Source: a virus (Duplodnaviria; Heunggongvirae; Uroviricota; Caudoviricetes). From it: a stretch of DNA of 21,318 nucleotides. The DNA is taken from IMG/VR virus record IMGVR_UViG_2603880150_000003; one strand, 5' to 3'. Positions 1 to 9,471 of this stretch are shown piece after piece (position 1 is the first letter of the stretch; each line of letters opens with the position of its first letter). A program made the position numbers and the translations under genes. A model generated the notes under the pieces. The model was not told the DNA's origin, searched no databases, and saw nothing but the letters and a program-made list of their open reading frames with translations.

Positions 1-222
1 TCAGTATCTCGATAAGCGCAGAGAAATGATGCAGTGGTGGGCGGATTGGCTTGATGAAAAAGTGGAGTAATCCGGACCGTACTTCTTTATCCAGGCATAA
101 AGGCTGTGGGTGGTGATATCGAGACGTGTTGCAACGCTGGCAACAGAATAACCGCGATCAATAACCTGTTTGACTGCTTCAGTTTTAAACTCTTCGGGAT
201 AACGCTTACCGCTCATGGGCAC
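1..222 (-). CDS. IS3-family transposase OrfA (HTH_Tnp_1-like N-terminal region), probably degenerate; stop codon at 1-3
   Basis: Translation MPMSGKRYPEEFKTEAVKQVIDRGYSVASVATRLDITTHSLYAWIKKYGPD matches the helix-turn-helix pattern of IS3-family OrfA proteins; the C-terminal 20 residues look unrelated, suggesting decay. Opposite orientation to the neighbouring IS fragment. Confidence 0.55.
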   Translation of the reverse strand: MPMSGKRYPEEFKTEAVKQVIDRGYSVASVATRLDITTHSLYAWIKKYGPDYSTFSSSQSAHHCIISLRLSRY

Positions 223-264
223 CTCTCTTTAAGCCATCTTAAATGACTCTGAGGTGTCTGTTAA

Positions 265-732
265 ACCCGTGGCGATTCAAAACTGCGTGTTACGTTCGCC
301 CTGGACTGTTGCGATCGTGAAGCCATAGACTGGGCCGCAAGCACGGGAGGTTACGATAAAGCGACAGTGCAGGATGTCATGTTAGGAGCGATAGAAAAAC
401 GCTTTGGCGATAAAGTACCGGAACAGTCCATCCAGTGGCTGACAGATAACGGTTCAGCGTATAGAGCGCATGAAACACGGCAGTTCGCCAGAGAGTTGAA
501 TCTGGAGCCCTGCACAACGGCAATCAGCAGTCCTCAGAGTAATGGAATGGCAGAAAGGTTCGTGAAAACGATGAAGGAAGACTACATCGCGTTCATGCCG
601 AAACCGAATGTAAGAACAGCATTGCATAATCTTGCAGTGGCGATCGAACATTACAATGAAAACCATCCGCACAGTGCGCTGGGTTATCGATCTCCGCGAG
701 AATATCGACGTCAGCGGGTAACGTTAACTTAA
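265..732 (+). pseudogene. IS2-like (IS3 family) transposase OrfB, C-terminal DDE-domain fragment
   Basis: In-frame translation from about 265 (..[82 protein letters not shown]) resembles the C-terminal catalytic region of IS2 InsD as I recall it; the N-terminal two thirds are missing, apparently cut off by the adjacent IS fragment. Confidence 0.6.
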
Positions 733-769
733 GATACACCCCCTGTCTGGAAATAAGGGGGCAAGAACA
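265..769 (+). mobile_element. Truncated IS2-like element, right end retained (terminal inverted repeat about 741-769)
   Basis: Sequence after the OrfB stop (..ccctgtctggaaataagggggcaagaaca) resembles the IS2 right terminal repeat (GTCTGGAAATATAGGGGCAAATCCA from memory) and ends in CA directly before the stop codon of the regulator gene at 774. Confidence 0.5.
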
Positions 770-773
770 ATGA

Positions 774-1526
774 TCAGATTCCCTGGTGAGTAAGAATTTT
801 ACTTTCTGAACTCCTCTGAGAGTATTGACTTGGAGAAACACCAAAATAACGTCTAAATACATAAGTAAAGTATGAGACACTGGCATAACCACAGACCTTA
901 GCTACTTTACTAATAGGATAACAACGAGTGCTGAGTAAATATTCAGCCATTTGCATCCTCTCATCAAGTATGATCTTACTGAATGATACCCCCTCTTCTT
1001 TCAATTTCCTCTTTAGTAAACTTTCGCTGAGATATAATCTTGATGATATATCCTTAAGACGCCATGGTGCAGATAAATCCGTATGAATAATCGTTTTAAC
1101 TTTAGCCCCTGTGCTTTTCAAACATTCAAACAGAAATACTCCAAATTGTTTTTCAGAAGAAAATGCAGAGAGACATGTAAAAGCAATAGACTCATCAAAA
1201 ATTTCTATGTATTCAGCACAGTGATTAGCCCAACTAATTAATCCTTTAATTAAACTGAAGTCAGCAAAGTTTATTTTTAAATAAGATGGATATTCCCTAC
1301 AATCAGAAATATCCCTTAAGTTATTAGCTTTCAAATAGCGACTAATAAACTCAGCGCCAAAATCCGCCACTATCACTCTTTCAGGATATGTCAGGAAAAA
1401 ATCTCTAGAGCTAGAGTCGACAAGTACAGATGAACCTCTCTCCAGAAACACACTCTCTTTTCCGAAATAAACATCAAAGGACTCCAAAATCAATATAACT
1501 GAACATGTAGTTGCCATATCATCCAC
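774..1526 (-). CDS. AraC/XylS-family transcriptional regulator (AppY/YdeO/GadX-like), low-GC gene
   Basis: 250-aa ORF; C-terminal region (..WRLKDISSRLYLSESLLKRKLKEEGVSFSKIILDERMQMAEYLL..CGYASVSYFTYVFRRYFGVSPSQY) has the double HTH signature of AraC-family regulators and resembles YdeO/AppY. Markedly AT-rich relative to the prophage genes. Confidence 0.8.
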   Translation of the reverse strand: MDDMATTCSVILILESFDVYFGKESVFLERGSSVLVDSSSRDFFLTYPERVIVADFGAEFISRYLKANNLRDISDCREYPSYLKINFADFSLIKGLISWANHCAEYIEIFDESIAFTCLSAFSSEKQFGVFLFECLKSTGAKVKTIIHTDLSAPWRLKDISSRLYLSESLLKRKLKEEGVSFSKIILDERMQMAEYLLSTRCYPISKVAKVCGYASVSYFTYVFRRYFGVSPSQYSQRSSESKILTHQGI

Positions 1527-2101
1527 CCAACTTAACTGAAACCAGGATGAAGTATATGCATATAAAGTTCACTTTGCCAAACTTCAGTATAAAAAACCAC
1601 ATAAAAAATAGGGTGTGATAAAAAACACCGTAACAATAAAGCAAAGGATTATAAATTCCGTTACAGTTACAAATGATACTCAAGAAACAATTCCTTAGGA
1701 AAAACTTATTTACAGCCAATAAGTAAGACACTTATATGATATCAAGTTTTCATAAAACATAACTAGGCTAAATAGCTGCGCCTAATACCGCTACACTTTT
1801 GCCAGCCCATATTTGCCTCCGGGTATTGACCCCTTCTCTACGCAACTTCAGTTCCCACCACCAACTTTGCGGCAGCTTTGTAGGATCAATGTCTAAAAGA
1901 ATAATGGTGACCGATAAGAAAACGACTGAATAACTGCAAATTTTCGCTCAAAACCTTCCTGTCAGATCCATAGCGAATCAAGTGCTGAATGTCACAGTAT
2001 CAAACAGAAAACAGTGACGATCTAACTCTTCAAGAATATTCTACGATTGTTCTGTTTAGGAAAAGCAAGGCGGGAAGTCGGGAGATAAGTCATTGATAAA
2101 G

Positions 2102-2163
2102 TGGCGGAGAGAGGGGGATTTGAACCCCCGGTAGAGTTGCCCCTACTCCGGTTTTCGAGACCG
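2102..2163 (-). other. Orphan 62-nt 3' fragment of tRNA-Ser(CGA) (serU-type), likely att-site remnant
   Basis: Reverse complement CGGTCTCGAAAACCGGAGTAGGGGCAACTCTACCGGGGGTTCAAATCCCCCTCTCTCCGCCA matches the 3' 62 nt of E. coli tRNA-Ser(CGA) including the CCA end; the match stops abruptly inside the anticodon stem, so no complete tRNA is present. Confidence 0.8.
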
Positions 2164-2906
2164 ATGATACAGAGTCGAAAAATCAAAGAGTTAAAAATTT
2201 TTCTTGGAATAAATGTCTTAAAATCGTACACGAAAAATCAATGAATTACATAACATTAAAGAAGAATATTCCAAGCCTTCTTGATGCTACCACCTGTTTT
2301 CAGGTGTCATTCAGACGTGATTTGCCCCAGATTGGGAAAGCACGCTTTTTTCTCAGCTATCGTCCTCTTATTTTGCCGTTACATTTCTTTTTGCACTCTA
2401 ATGATTAATTTACAATAATAATATCGGTAATTATTGAGTAATAATAAATTGATTATTGCAAATGTAATTTAATTCCATCTTCGCGTTATATTCCAATCTT
2501 TAATCTCCGCATGGAACAAGTTGCATGCGTGACTATATTAAGACAACTTATAACCACCAAAACATTTGCTTTGCAAGCAAAAACAGTGACCATTGACTCT
2601 AAGAAAATTCCGATCTATTGTTAGGGTCATCAAAGTTACTTAACAGTATTCCGAAATGAAAATACAAAGCAAGCTAATTGTCTTATTAAACATTATCATT
2701 GCATTTATATTATTTGAGCTTTTAGCTCAAAAATTTGGTTTGAGTACATTATTTTAAAGCAAGATAAACAATATCGGGCACTCTAGTTTTTATAATTAAC
2801 AATTAAACGTCCATAAAATGTTATTTACTTTTCTTCGCTATTGTCATATCTTAATATAGTGGCTTACGCCACTCTACTTTCATCACATTTTGTACGTTTA
2901 TGTACT

Positions 2907-2939
2907 CGCCATGAAGCTCTTTCATGGCGATTTTTTATT
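2907..2939 (+). terminator. Candidate intrinsic terminator (9-bp stem cgccatgaa/ttcatggcg, loop gctct, then attttttatt)
   Basis: Perfect inverted repeat followed by a T-run on the + strand, inside AT-rich non-coding DNA between the tRNA fragment and tfa. Confidence 0.3.
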
Positions 2940-3022
2940 CTTAATCCAAGAACATACTCCTTACCTATAGCAAAATCACTTTTTGAACAAAAGAATAACG
3001 TATTTAGGTAATCATTACGAAT

Positions 3023-3604
3023 TTACCCTATAGGTGCTACTGGCCATTCAATATCCGGTGCAGTTGTTGTATTAACACGGTTCAGCAACACCCGATACTT
3101 CTTCCAGGCTTCCAGCAACGAGGTTTCTTCCTCCGTTGCAATTTCCAGATCTGCAGCATCCTGAAGCGGCGCAATATGCTCACTGGCTACCTGCATCAGG
3201 CTGTTTTTTGTTTCTTCCGCCTCCCGGATCCGGAACAGTTTTTCTGCTTCTGCATCTTTCACCCAGGCTGTGCCGTTCCACTTCTGATATTCCCCTCCCG
3301 GCGACAACCAGGTAACATTTTCCGGTAACGGACCGAGTTCAGAAATAAATAACGCGTCGCCGGAAGCCACGTCATAAACCGTTTTACCCCGATGGTCTTC
3401 AACGAGATGCCACGATGCCTCATCACTGTTGAAAACAGCCACAAAGCCAGCAGGAATATCTGGTGGTGCAATATCGGTACTGTTTGCTGGCAGACCTGTA
3501 TGAGGCGGAATATATGCGTCACCTTCACCAATAAATTCATTAGTTCCGGCCAGCAGATTATAAATTTTTATGGTCCGTGGTTGTTCACTCATTCTGAATG
3601 CCAT
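3023..3604 (-). CDS. tfa: Tail fiber assembly protein Tfa (lambda Tfa-like)
   Basis: 193-aa translation [51 protein letters not shown].. is near-identical to lambda Tfa as recalled; start overlaps the stf stop by 1 nt. Confidence 0.9.
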   Translation of the reverse strand: MAFRMSEQPRTIKIYNLLAGTNEFIGEGDAYIPPHTGLPANSTDIAPPDIPAGFVAVFNSDEASWHLVEDHRGKTVYDVASGDALFISELGPLPENVTWLSPGGEYQKWNGTAWVKDAEAEKLFRIREAEETKNSLMQVASEHIAPLQDAADLEIATEEETSLLEAWKKYRVLLNRVNTTTAPDIEWPVAPIG

Positions 3605-6600
3605 TATGCAAGCCTCACAATATAGTTAAATGCGATGTTTTTGACGGTGTTTTCCGCGTTACCCGCAGCGTTAACGGTGATGGTATGTCCATGTGAGCCA
3701 ATCGCAACGGAGTGCGTATGAGCACCAATACCGACAGTATGTGCATGTGCGCCTGCGCTTGCAGCAGTGCCGGACAGCGAGTGGGTATGAGCACCATCTG
3801 ATGATGTCTTCCCTGCATTACGAGTCTGGCCACTACCGCTTGTTGTGCTCATAATCCCCGCGCTTAGATTTGAAATCGCAGTATAACCATTAGGAAAAAT
3901 GCTCGTGTTCGTGCCACCAAATGCACCGGAACTCTTGTGTTGGTGCGCACCGGCACTATTTGCTGTCCCGCTAATACTATGGGTATGTGCACCAGTGTTA
4001 TTCGTGGATTTGGTTCCGTAATCAAACGACGATGTGGTTTTCGTCCCCAAATCCGTACTGGATGCGCTGGCGCTGTGGGTGTGCGATTTAATGCCGTCCT
4101 GTTCCTGAGACAATACGGCACGACCACTGGCGGGCTTGCCCTTAATCGTCCAGCCACGCATATCAGGGATCACGCCTGACGGATAAGCAACTGCAAGTTT
4201 CGGGTATGCAGATTTGTCAAAAGTCTGCCCCTGCATCAGGGCATAGCCAGACGGAACGGTATCTGATGGCCACGGGATTGGTGCGCCGACTGGATAAAAC
4301 TCTGCAGGAGGATGAGCCGAGGTGTAAAGCTGCGCCCACGGCGACCAGTTTGCGTCGATCGTATCCCGTCGTGAACGAATAAATGCCGGAGCATGAGCAC
4401 CGCTTGTACCACTCCAGCCGATGAGTAACTCACCTTCGCCAACGGCTGTCATCCCTTTCAGGTGAATGATATTTCCATACGCTGTTGGATATCCGTTGTT
4501 ATACACCTCGTATAACTCAAGACCTGTTGCCCCCTGCGTATTGTCTGTCAGCGCGGTTACCCGACCTTTTGAAGCCAGATTAACTGATGATACTGCTGTT
4601 CCACCTGACGGTAATGCCCCAATCTCTGATGCCGTTGGCTTATTTCTGGAGTTATAGTCCCTTCGCCAGCCAGGTGAATAATCTGTTCCGTGATTAATAT
4701 AGGTAAACTGGGCGTTAGTTGTTCCACCACCAGTGGAGGTGGTCGGTGTGGTAATGCGGATCGTCATCGCTGACTTTATCCCCATTACTTCAATGACAGC
4801 TCCGGCGAGATGAATATTACCGCAGCCAGTATCAGTAATGATTTTATTATTGCCATAAGACCAGGAACCCTTGCACATCCAGTATGGATGGTTAAATGCT
4901 CCCTGAGAATCCAGCCACTCGATAAACTGTGCAGTCGTCCAGTTTCCTGTTGTTGTGCTTACTGACCCACCGAAGGCACGGCAGGCACCAATATTTTTCG
5001 TAAAGGTGTCTTTGCCAGGGATATCCGCACCGTTCTGATCTTTCTGCAGACGTTTCTCAGCATTGTCATTGGCTGCTTTTACTGCCTTTGGCGTTGCCGC
5101 CAGCGTTTCAGACGTGCTGTTGGTCGCGCTGCTTAGCTGGATTATCCCTTTCTGTGCTGTCGTTGCATCCTGTGCGGTGTATTTCCCGTTAGCCAGGTCA
5201 TACGCGGCCTTAACGGCTTTTGGTGTTGCCGCCAGTGACTCGGAAGTGCTGTTAGTCGCACTACTGAGCTGTACTATCCCCTTTTTCGTCGTGCTCGCAT
5301 CCTCAAGCGCCACGGCGGATGCAATATCCTCTGCCCGTTTTGCCGCTGTCTCAGCGCGCGTTGCTGCAGATTCCGCCGTACTTTTGCTCTGAGCTGCTGC
5401 CGTCGCACTACCAGCAGCCTCTGTCGCCTTCGTGGATGCCGTCGTGGCGCTGCCCTTCGCTGCTGACGCCTGTCTGGTCGCCTCATCTTTTGAAGCAGAC
5501 GCCGATGATGCCGATGACGCCGCCGAACTGGCGGACGATGCCGCTGCCGTTTTTGAGGATTCTGCACGGGTTTCCGAGGCTTTCGCGTTCGTTTCGGATG
5601 TCATCGCTGCGGATGCAGACCTCGCTGCTGCGCTGGCCTGTTCAGCGGCTTCGCCAGCCTTCGTTGTGGCTGTTGAAGCGGATGATGCGGCGCTTTCGGC
5701 CGATTTTCCGGCTGCGGTGGCACTGACTGAGGCCTGCCCGGCACTTGTTGACGCGGCACTGGCAGACGACGCAGCCGCTGTTTTTGAGCCTGCCGCAGCT
5801 GAGGCGCTCTGTCCCGCTGCCGTCTCAGAAGACCTGGCGTTCGTCTCGGACGTTTTTGCCGCCTTCGCGGAATTTCCTGCCGCCGTTGCCGAGGAAGCGG
5901 CACTACTGGCGCTTGATGATGCGTTCGTTTCTGATGATTTTGCCGCTTCTTTTGAGGCCGCCGCATCCCGGGCCGAGGTCGCAGCTTCTGATGCCTTCGT
6001 GGTCGCGGTGGATGCAGATGTGGCTGCTGATTGTTGTGACGCTGAAGCATTCGTTTCTGACGTTTTCGCCGCACCGGCACTGGTGGCCGCCGCGCTTTTT
6101 GAGGACTCTGCAGCGGCAGCACTTTTTGATGCTTCAGTGGCCTTTGTTGATGCCGTTCCTGCGCTGGAAGACGCTGACTGAGCCGACGACGCGGCCTGTC
6201 CGGCTGACGTGCTGGCTGCGCGTGCTGAGTCCGCAGCATCAGCCGCATGGGTTGCCGCCTCACGGGCTGATGTGCTGGCATCACTGGCTGACTTCTTCGC
6301 GGCTGCCGTGTTCTGTGCCACCGCGGACGCGTTACGCGCCACCTCTTCCACCATCAGTTCAAAACGGCGCAGTGCCTCAGGACGGGCATCATCCTCCGTC
6401 ATGGCACCGAGAAAATCATTCAGCGTACCGGGTTGAGAATCTTCATACACGGTGATGGTCCCGGCATGTGACGGCGGGAATCCTTCCACCAACAGAATAA
6501 CGCTGTACTGACCGTACTCCACATCCATGCTGTAACGCCCGGCTTCATCCGGATTCTCTGAGCCCACCGTGTTCACCACCACCGTGGTGCTGTTACGTCT

Positions 6601-6684
6601 GGCTTTCAGCTGAATGGTGCAGTTCTGTACCGGTTTTCCTGTGCCGTCTTTCAGGACTCCTGAAATCTTTACTGCCATATTCAC
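3604..6684 (-). CDS. stf: Side tail fiber protein Stf (StfR/lambda Stf-like), 1026 aa, with long Ala/Ser/Thr-rich region
   Basis: N-terminus [64 protein letters not shown].. matches Rac/lambda side tail fibers; contains tandem [27 protein letters not shown] motifs and a C-terminal His-rich GAHTHSxSGTA repeat region. Confidence 0.9.
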   Translation of the reverse strand: MNMAVKISGVLKDGTGKPVQNCTIQLKARRNSTTVVVNTVGSENPDEAGRYSMDVEYGQYSVILLVEGFPPSHAGTITVYEDSQPGTLNDFLGAMTEDDARPEALRRFELMVEEVARNASAVAQNTAAAKKSASDASTSAREAATHAADAADSARAASTSAGQAASSAQSASSSAGTASTKATEASKSAAAAESSKSAAATSAGAAKTSETNASASQQSAATSASTATTKASEAATSARDAAASKEAAKSSETNASSSASSAASSATAAGNSAKAAKTSETNARSSETAAGQSASAAAGSKTAAASSASAASTSAGQASVSATAAGKSAESAASSASTATTKAGEAAEQASAAARSASAAMTSETNAKASETRAESSKTAAASSASSAASSASSASASKDEATRQASAAKGSATTASTKATEAAGSATAAAQSKSTAESAATRAETAAKRAEDIASAVALEDASTTKKGIVQLSSATNSTSESLAATPKAVKAAYDLANGKYTAQDATTAQKGIIQLSSATNSTSETLAATPKAVKAANDNAEKRLQKDQNGADIPGKDTFTKNIGACRAFGGSVSTTTGNWTTAQFIEWLDSQGAFNHPYWMCKGSWSYGNNKIITDTGCGNIHLAGAVIEVMGIKSAMTIRITTPTTSTGGGTTNAQFTYINHGTDYSPGWRRDYNSRNKPTASEIGALPSGGTAVSSVNLASKGRVTALTDNTQGATGLELYEVYNNGYPTAYGNIIHLKGMTAVGEGELLIGWSGTSGAHAPAFIRSRRDTIDANWSPWAQLYTSAHPPAEFYPVGAPIPWPSDTVPSGYALMQGQTFDKSAYPKLAVAYPSGVIPDMRGWTIKGKPASGRAVLSQEQDGIKSHTHSASASSTDLGTKTTSSFDYGTKSTNNTGAHTHSISGTANSAGAHQHKSSGAFGGTNTSIFPNGYTAISNLSAGIMSTTSGSGQTRNAGKTSSDGAHTHSLSGTAASAGAHAHTVGIGAHTHSVAIGSHGHTITVNAAGNAENTVKNIAFNYIVRLA
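5085..5290 (-). repeat. Tandem ~120-bp repeat inside stf encoding the duplicated SATNSTSE(S/T)[11 protein letters not shown] motif
   Basis: Two near-identical DNA blocks (about 5085-5165 and 5205-5285) are visible on the + strand; both translate on the - strand to the conserved tail-fiber motif. Confidence 0.6.
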
Positions 6685-6689
6685 CCCAC

Positions 6690-6715
6690 AAAAAAGCCCA
6701 CCGGTTCCGGCGGGC
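6690..6715 (-). terminator. Candidate intrinsic terminator between the lom remnant and stf
   Basis: Hairpin gcccacc..ggcgggc followed on the - strand by UUUUUU (the + strand shows aaaaaa at 6690-6695 before the stem). Confidence 0.4.
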
Positions 6716-6742
6716 TGTCATAACACTGTGTTACCTGGCTAA

Positions 6743-8353
6743 TCAGAATTTATAACCGACCCCAACGATGAATCCGTCAGTACGCCAGTCGCCACTGCCG
6801 GAGCCTTCATAAGCAATATCAACAACGACGGACGCTGCCGGATTAATCTGTATACCTGCACTCCACGCCACTGAGGTATGCCGCATTGCACTTTCGTCCC
6901 TGGCGGTGGTCGTCTCTTTCATATAGCCGGATGCATCATCACTCGGCTGACCAACAGCCTCCACGAATGCCGATTTGCCAACGGTGTTCACACTGCGAAC
7001 GTAAAAATAATAATCATAGCCCGGCCTGATATTGATACTGGCGGCTATCCAGTACAGCCCCGTGCCAAGGTAGCGGGCTGTGGTTTCAACCTGCCTGATA
7101 TCGGTAATCCGCTTTTCCGAGAACCAGAACTCAAACTGTACCGTCGGGTCATAAACGGCAAGATGCGGCGTGGCGGTTATCTGAAAATAGCCCGGCGTCA
7201 GCTCAATCCTCGACGGTGCTGCCGGTGCGGCAATCCGGAACGATACCGACGCCGGATCTCCCTGCTGCCCCCACGCATTTACCGCCCGGACTGTCAGCCT
7301 GTAGTTCCCCAGCGCCAGTTGCGTGAAGCGGTATGTGGTTTCCGTCGTCCGGGCCGTGCTGACCAGCCGCTCACTGCCGTCGTCCGCTGTTACGGTCAGA
7401 CGGAGCAGGAAGCTCACGCCCTTCACCACCTTCGGTGTGTCCCAGCGCGCCAGCACCTGATATTCCCCGCTGTCTGCAGTGACTTCTGCGGTCAGGTGCT
7501 GCACCGCTGGCGGCGTGACACCGTTCACCGTGCCACTCTGTTCGCCGTCAAAGTGCGCCCCGTTATCCACGATGGCCTCTTTTTCCGGCACATGCTGCAC
7601 GGCGGTGATGGCATACGTACCGTCATCGTTCTCACGGATACTCACACAGCGGAACAGGCGCTGGCGCAGCGTCGGCAGCTTCAGCCCCCACACGCTGTAT
7701 TCGGCAACGCCGTCAGGAACACGGCTCACTTTCACCTTAAGTCCGTCGGTGACGGACTGAACCTCCACGCTGACCGGATTACCACTTCCGTCAACCAGGC
7801 TTATCAGCGTGGTACCGGAGGATGGCAGCGTGATTTCACGGTCGAGCGTCAGCGTCCGGGTCTGGCTGTTCACCGCCAGCACGCGACCACCGGTGCTGAT
7901 ACCGGCATAGTCATCATCGCAGATTTCAATGACATCGCCCGGTACATGGCGAAGCCCTTCAGCACCCACGCTGAAATCCACGGTCTGCGTCTCCAGCAGT
8001 TCCGTTTTAATCAGCCACAGCCCGGCGCGGTGTGCCTGCCCCCGGCTGGTACAGCCAAAGGCATCCATCTTCGTGACATTACGACCGTAACGGGCAATGG
8101 CCTGCGTATCTTCAACAAGCTCTGTCGCCGTCTCCCAGCCGTTGTCCGGGTCAATCCAGTTCACCTCAACGGCATTATGGCGGTCCTTCAGGGCGCTGAA
8201 GCTGTAGCGGAACGGCGCGCCATCATCCGGCATCACCACATTACTGCGGTTATAGGTCCACACCTTATCCGACGGTCGGTCCTGCACGAACGTCAGCGTC
8301 TGCCCGTTCCATACCGGCATACAGCGCATCGCCGAGCAGAAATCACTGAGCAC
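6743..8353 (-). pseudogene. Tail tip/host-specificity protein J, central fragment, fused in frame to the C-terminal ~59 codons of lom
   Basis: Translation from [19 protein letters not shown].. through ..[20 protein letters not shown] matches the central part of lambda gpJ; the last 59 aa ([59 protein letters not shown]) match the Lom C-terminus with the Ail/Lom/PagC beta-barrel terminal signature. The J N-terminus and C-terminal receptor-binding domain are absent. Confidence 0.75.
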
Positions 8354-8888
8354 ATCCCACGCCTTGCGCTGTGTGGTCAGGTATCAGTTCATCCAGCGCG
8401 GCTGCTTTGTTCATGGCTTTGATGATATCCCGTTTCAGGAAATCAACATGTCGGTTTTCCAGTTCCGGAAAACGCCGCTGCACCGACAGGGGGATCCCGT
8501 CGAGAATACTGGCAATTTCACCTGCGATCCGCGACAGCACGAAAGTACAGAATGCGGTTTCCACCACTTCAGCGGAGTCTCTGGCATTTTTCAGCTCCTG
8601 TGCGTCGGCCTGCGCACGCGTAAGTCGATGGCGTTCGTACTCAATAGTCCCTGGCTGGAGATCTGTCTCGCTGGCCTGCCGCAGTTCTTCAACTTCCCGG
8701 CGCAGCTTTTCGTTCTCAATTTCAGCATCCCTTTCGGCATACCATCTTATAACGGCGGCAGAGTCATAAAGCACCTCATTACCCTTGCCACCGCCTCGCA
8801 GAACGGGCATTCCCTGTTCCTGCCAGTTCTGAATGGTACGGATACTCGCACCGAAAATGTCAGCCAGCTGCTTTTTGTTGACTTCCAT
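8343..8888 (-). pseudogene. nu1: Terminase small subunit Nu1 (NohD-like), C-terminally truncated at a deletion junction
   Basis: MEVNKKQLADIFGASIRTIQNWQEQGMPVLRGGGKGNEVLYD.. matches lambda Nu1 up to ..[10 protein letters not shown], then diverges ([11 protein letters not shown]) where the sequence enters the J reading frame. Confidence 0.8.
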
Positions 8889-9065
8889 TGTTCATTCCAC
8901 GGACAAAAACAGAGAAAGGAAACGACAGAGGCCAAAAAGCTCGCTTTCAGCACCTGTCGCTTCCTTTCTTTTCAGAGGGTATTTTAAATAAAAACATTAA
9001 GTTATGACGAAGAAGAACGGAAACGCCTTAAACCGGAAAATTTTCATAAATAGCGAAAACCCGCG

Positions 9066-9077
9066 AGGTCGCCGCCC
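9066..9077 (-). other. cosN cohesive-end site (GGGCGGCGACCT) with adjacent cosB-like region toward nu1
   Basis: Reverse complement of 9001-9090 reproduces the remembered lambda left end GGGCGGCGACCTCGCGGGTTTTCGCTATTTATGAAAATTTTCCGGTTTAAGGCG.. preceded by ..CCGACAGGTTACG, the lambda right end. Confidence 0.8.
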
Positions 9078-9276
9078 CGTAACCTGTCGGATCGCCGGAA
9101 AGGACCCGCAAAATGATAATAATTATCATCTGCATGTCACAACGTGCATCTACGCCATCAAACCACGTCAAATAATCAATTATGACGCAGGTATCATATT
9201 AATTGATCTGCATCAACTTAACGTAAAAACAACTTCAGACAATACAAATCAGCGACACTGAATACGGGACAACCTC

Positions 9277-9471
9277 ATGTCAACGAAGAACAGAACCCGC
9301 AGAACAACAACCCGCAACATCCGCTTTCCTAACCAAATGATTGAACAAATTAACATCGCTCTTGAGCAAAAAGGGTCCGGGAATTTCTCAGCCTGGGTCA
9401 TTGAAGCCTGCCGTCGGAGACTAACGTCAGAAAAGAGAGCATATACATCAATCCAGAGTGATGATGAATAA
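9277..9471 (+). CDS. Small prophage protein, YlcI-like (DUF3950-type), 64 aa
   Basis: ORF MSTKNRTRRTTTRNIRFPNQMIEQINIALEQKGSGNFSAWVIEACRRRLTSEKRAYTSIQSDDE; position between cos and bor corresponds to ylcI in DLP12-like prophages. Family assignment is from memory. Confidence 0.5.
   Translation: MSTKNRTRRTTTRNIRFPNQMIEQINIALEQKGSGNFSAWVIEACRRRLTSEKRAYTSIQSDDE

Noticed and set aside
2022-2231. 69-aa - strand ORF overlapping the tRNA-Ser fragment
   Set aside because: Reads through the tRNA-derived sequence; better explained as non-coding att remnant.
2656-2757. 33-aa hydrophobic ORF (MKIQSKLIVLLNIIIAFILFELLAQKFGLSTLF) in the AT-rich region, superficially like a type I toxin
   Set aside because: No convincing Shine-Dalgarno sequence, and AT-rich DNA readily yields Ile/Leu/Phe/Lys-rich peptides by chance; it contains an inverted repeat more consistent with RNA structure. 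Worth a look only if transcript data show expression.
5063-6455. Several overlapping ORFs on both strands within stf (5063-5392 +, 5274-5567 -, 5319-5726 +, 5432-6181 +, 5601-6284 -, 5745-6455 +, 6209-6436 +)
   Set aside because: All fall inside the Ala/Ser-rich repetitive part of stf, where GCN-rich codons remove stops in every frame; their translations are low-complexity (poly-Ala/Arg/Pro). The stf frame is the one supported by homology.
6878-8422. 514-aa ORF on the + strand
   Set aside because: Lies entirely antisense to the J/lom fragment, which has strong lambda J similarity on the - strand; the translation is Arg/Pro-rich with no recognisable domain. Likely a GC-rich antisense artefact.
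8364-8987. 207-aa and 132-aa + strand ORFs over nu1
   Set aside because: Antisense to nu1, whose - strand translation matches lambda Nu1 closely.
9004-9261. 85-aa + strand ORF across the cos region
   Set aside because: Overlaps cosB/cosN, which is non-coding in lambda; no RBS and no similarity noted.
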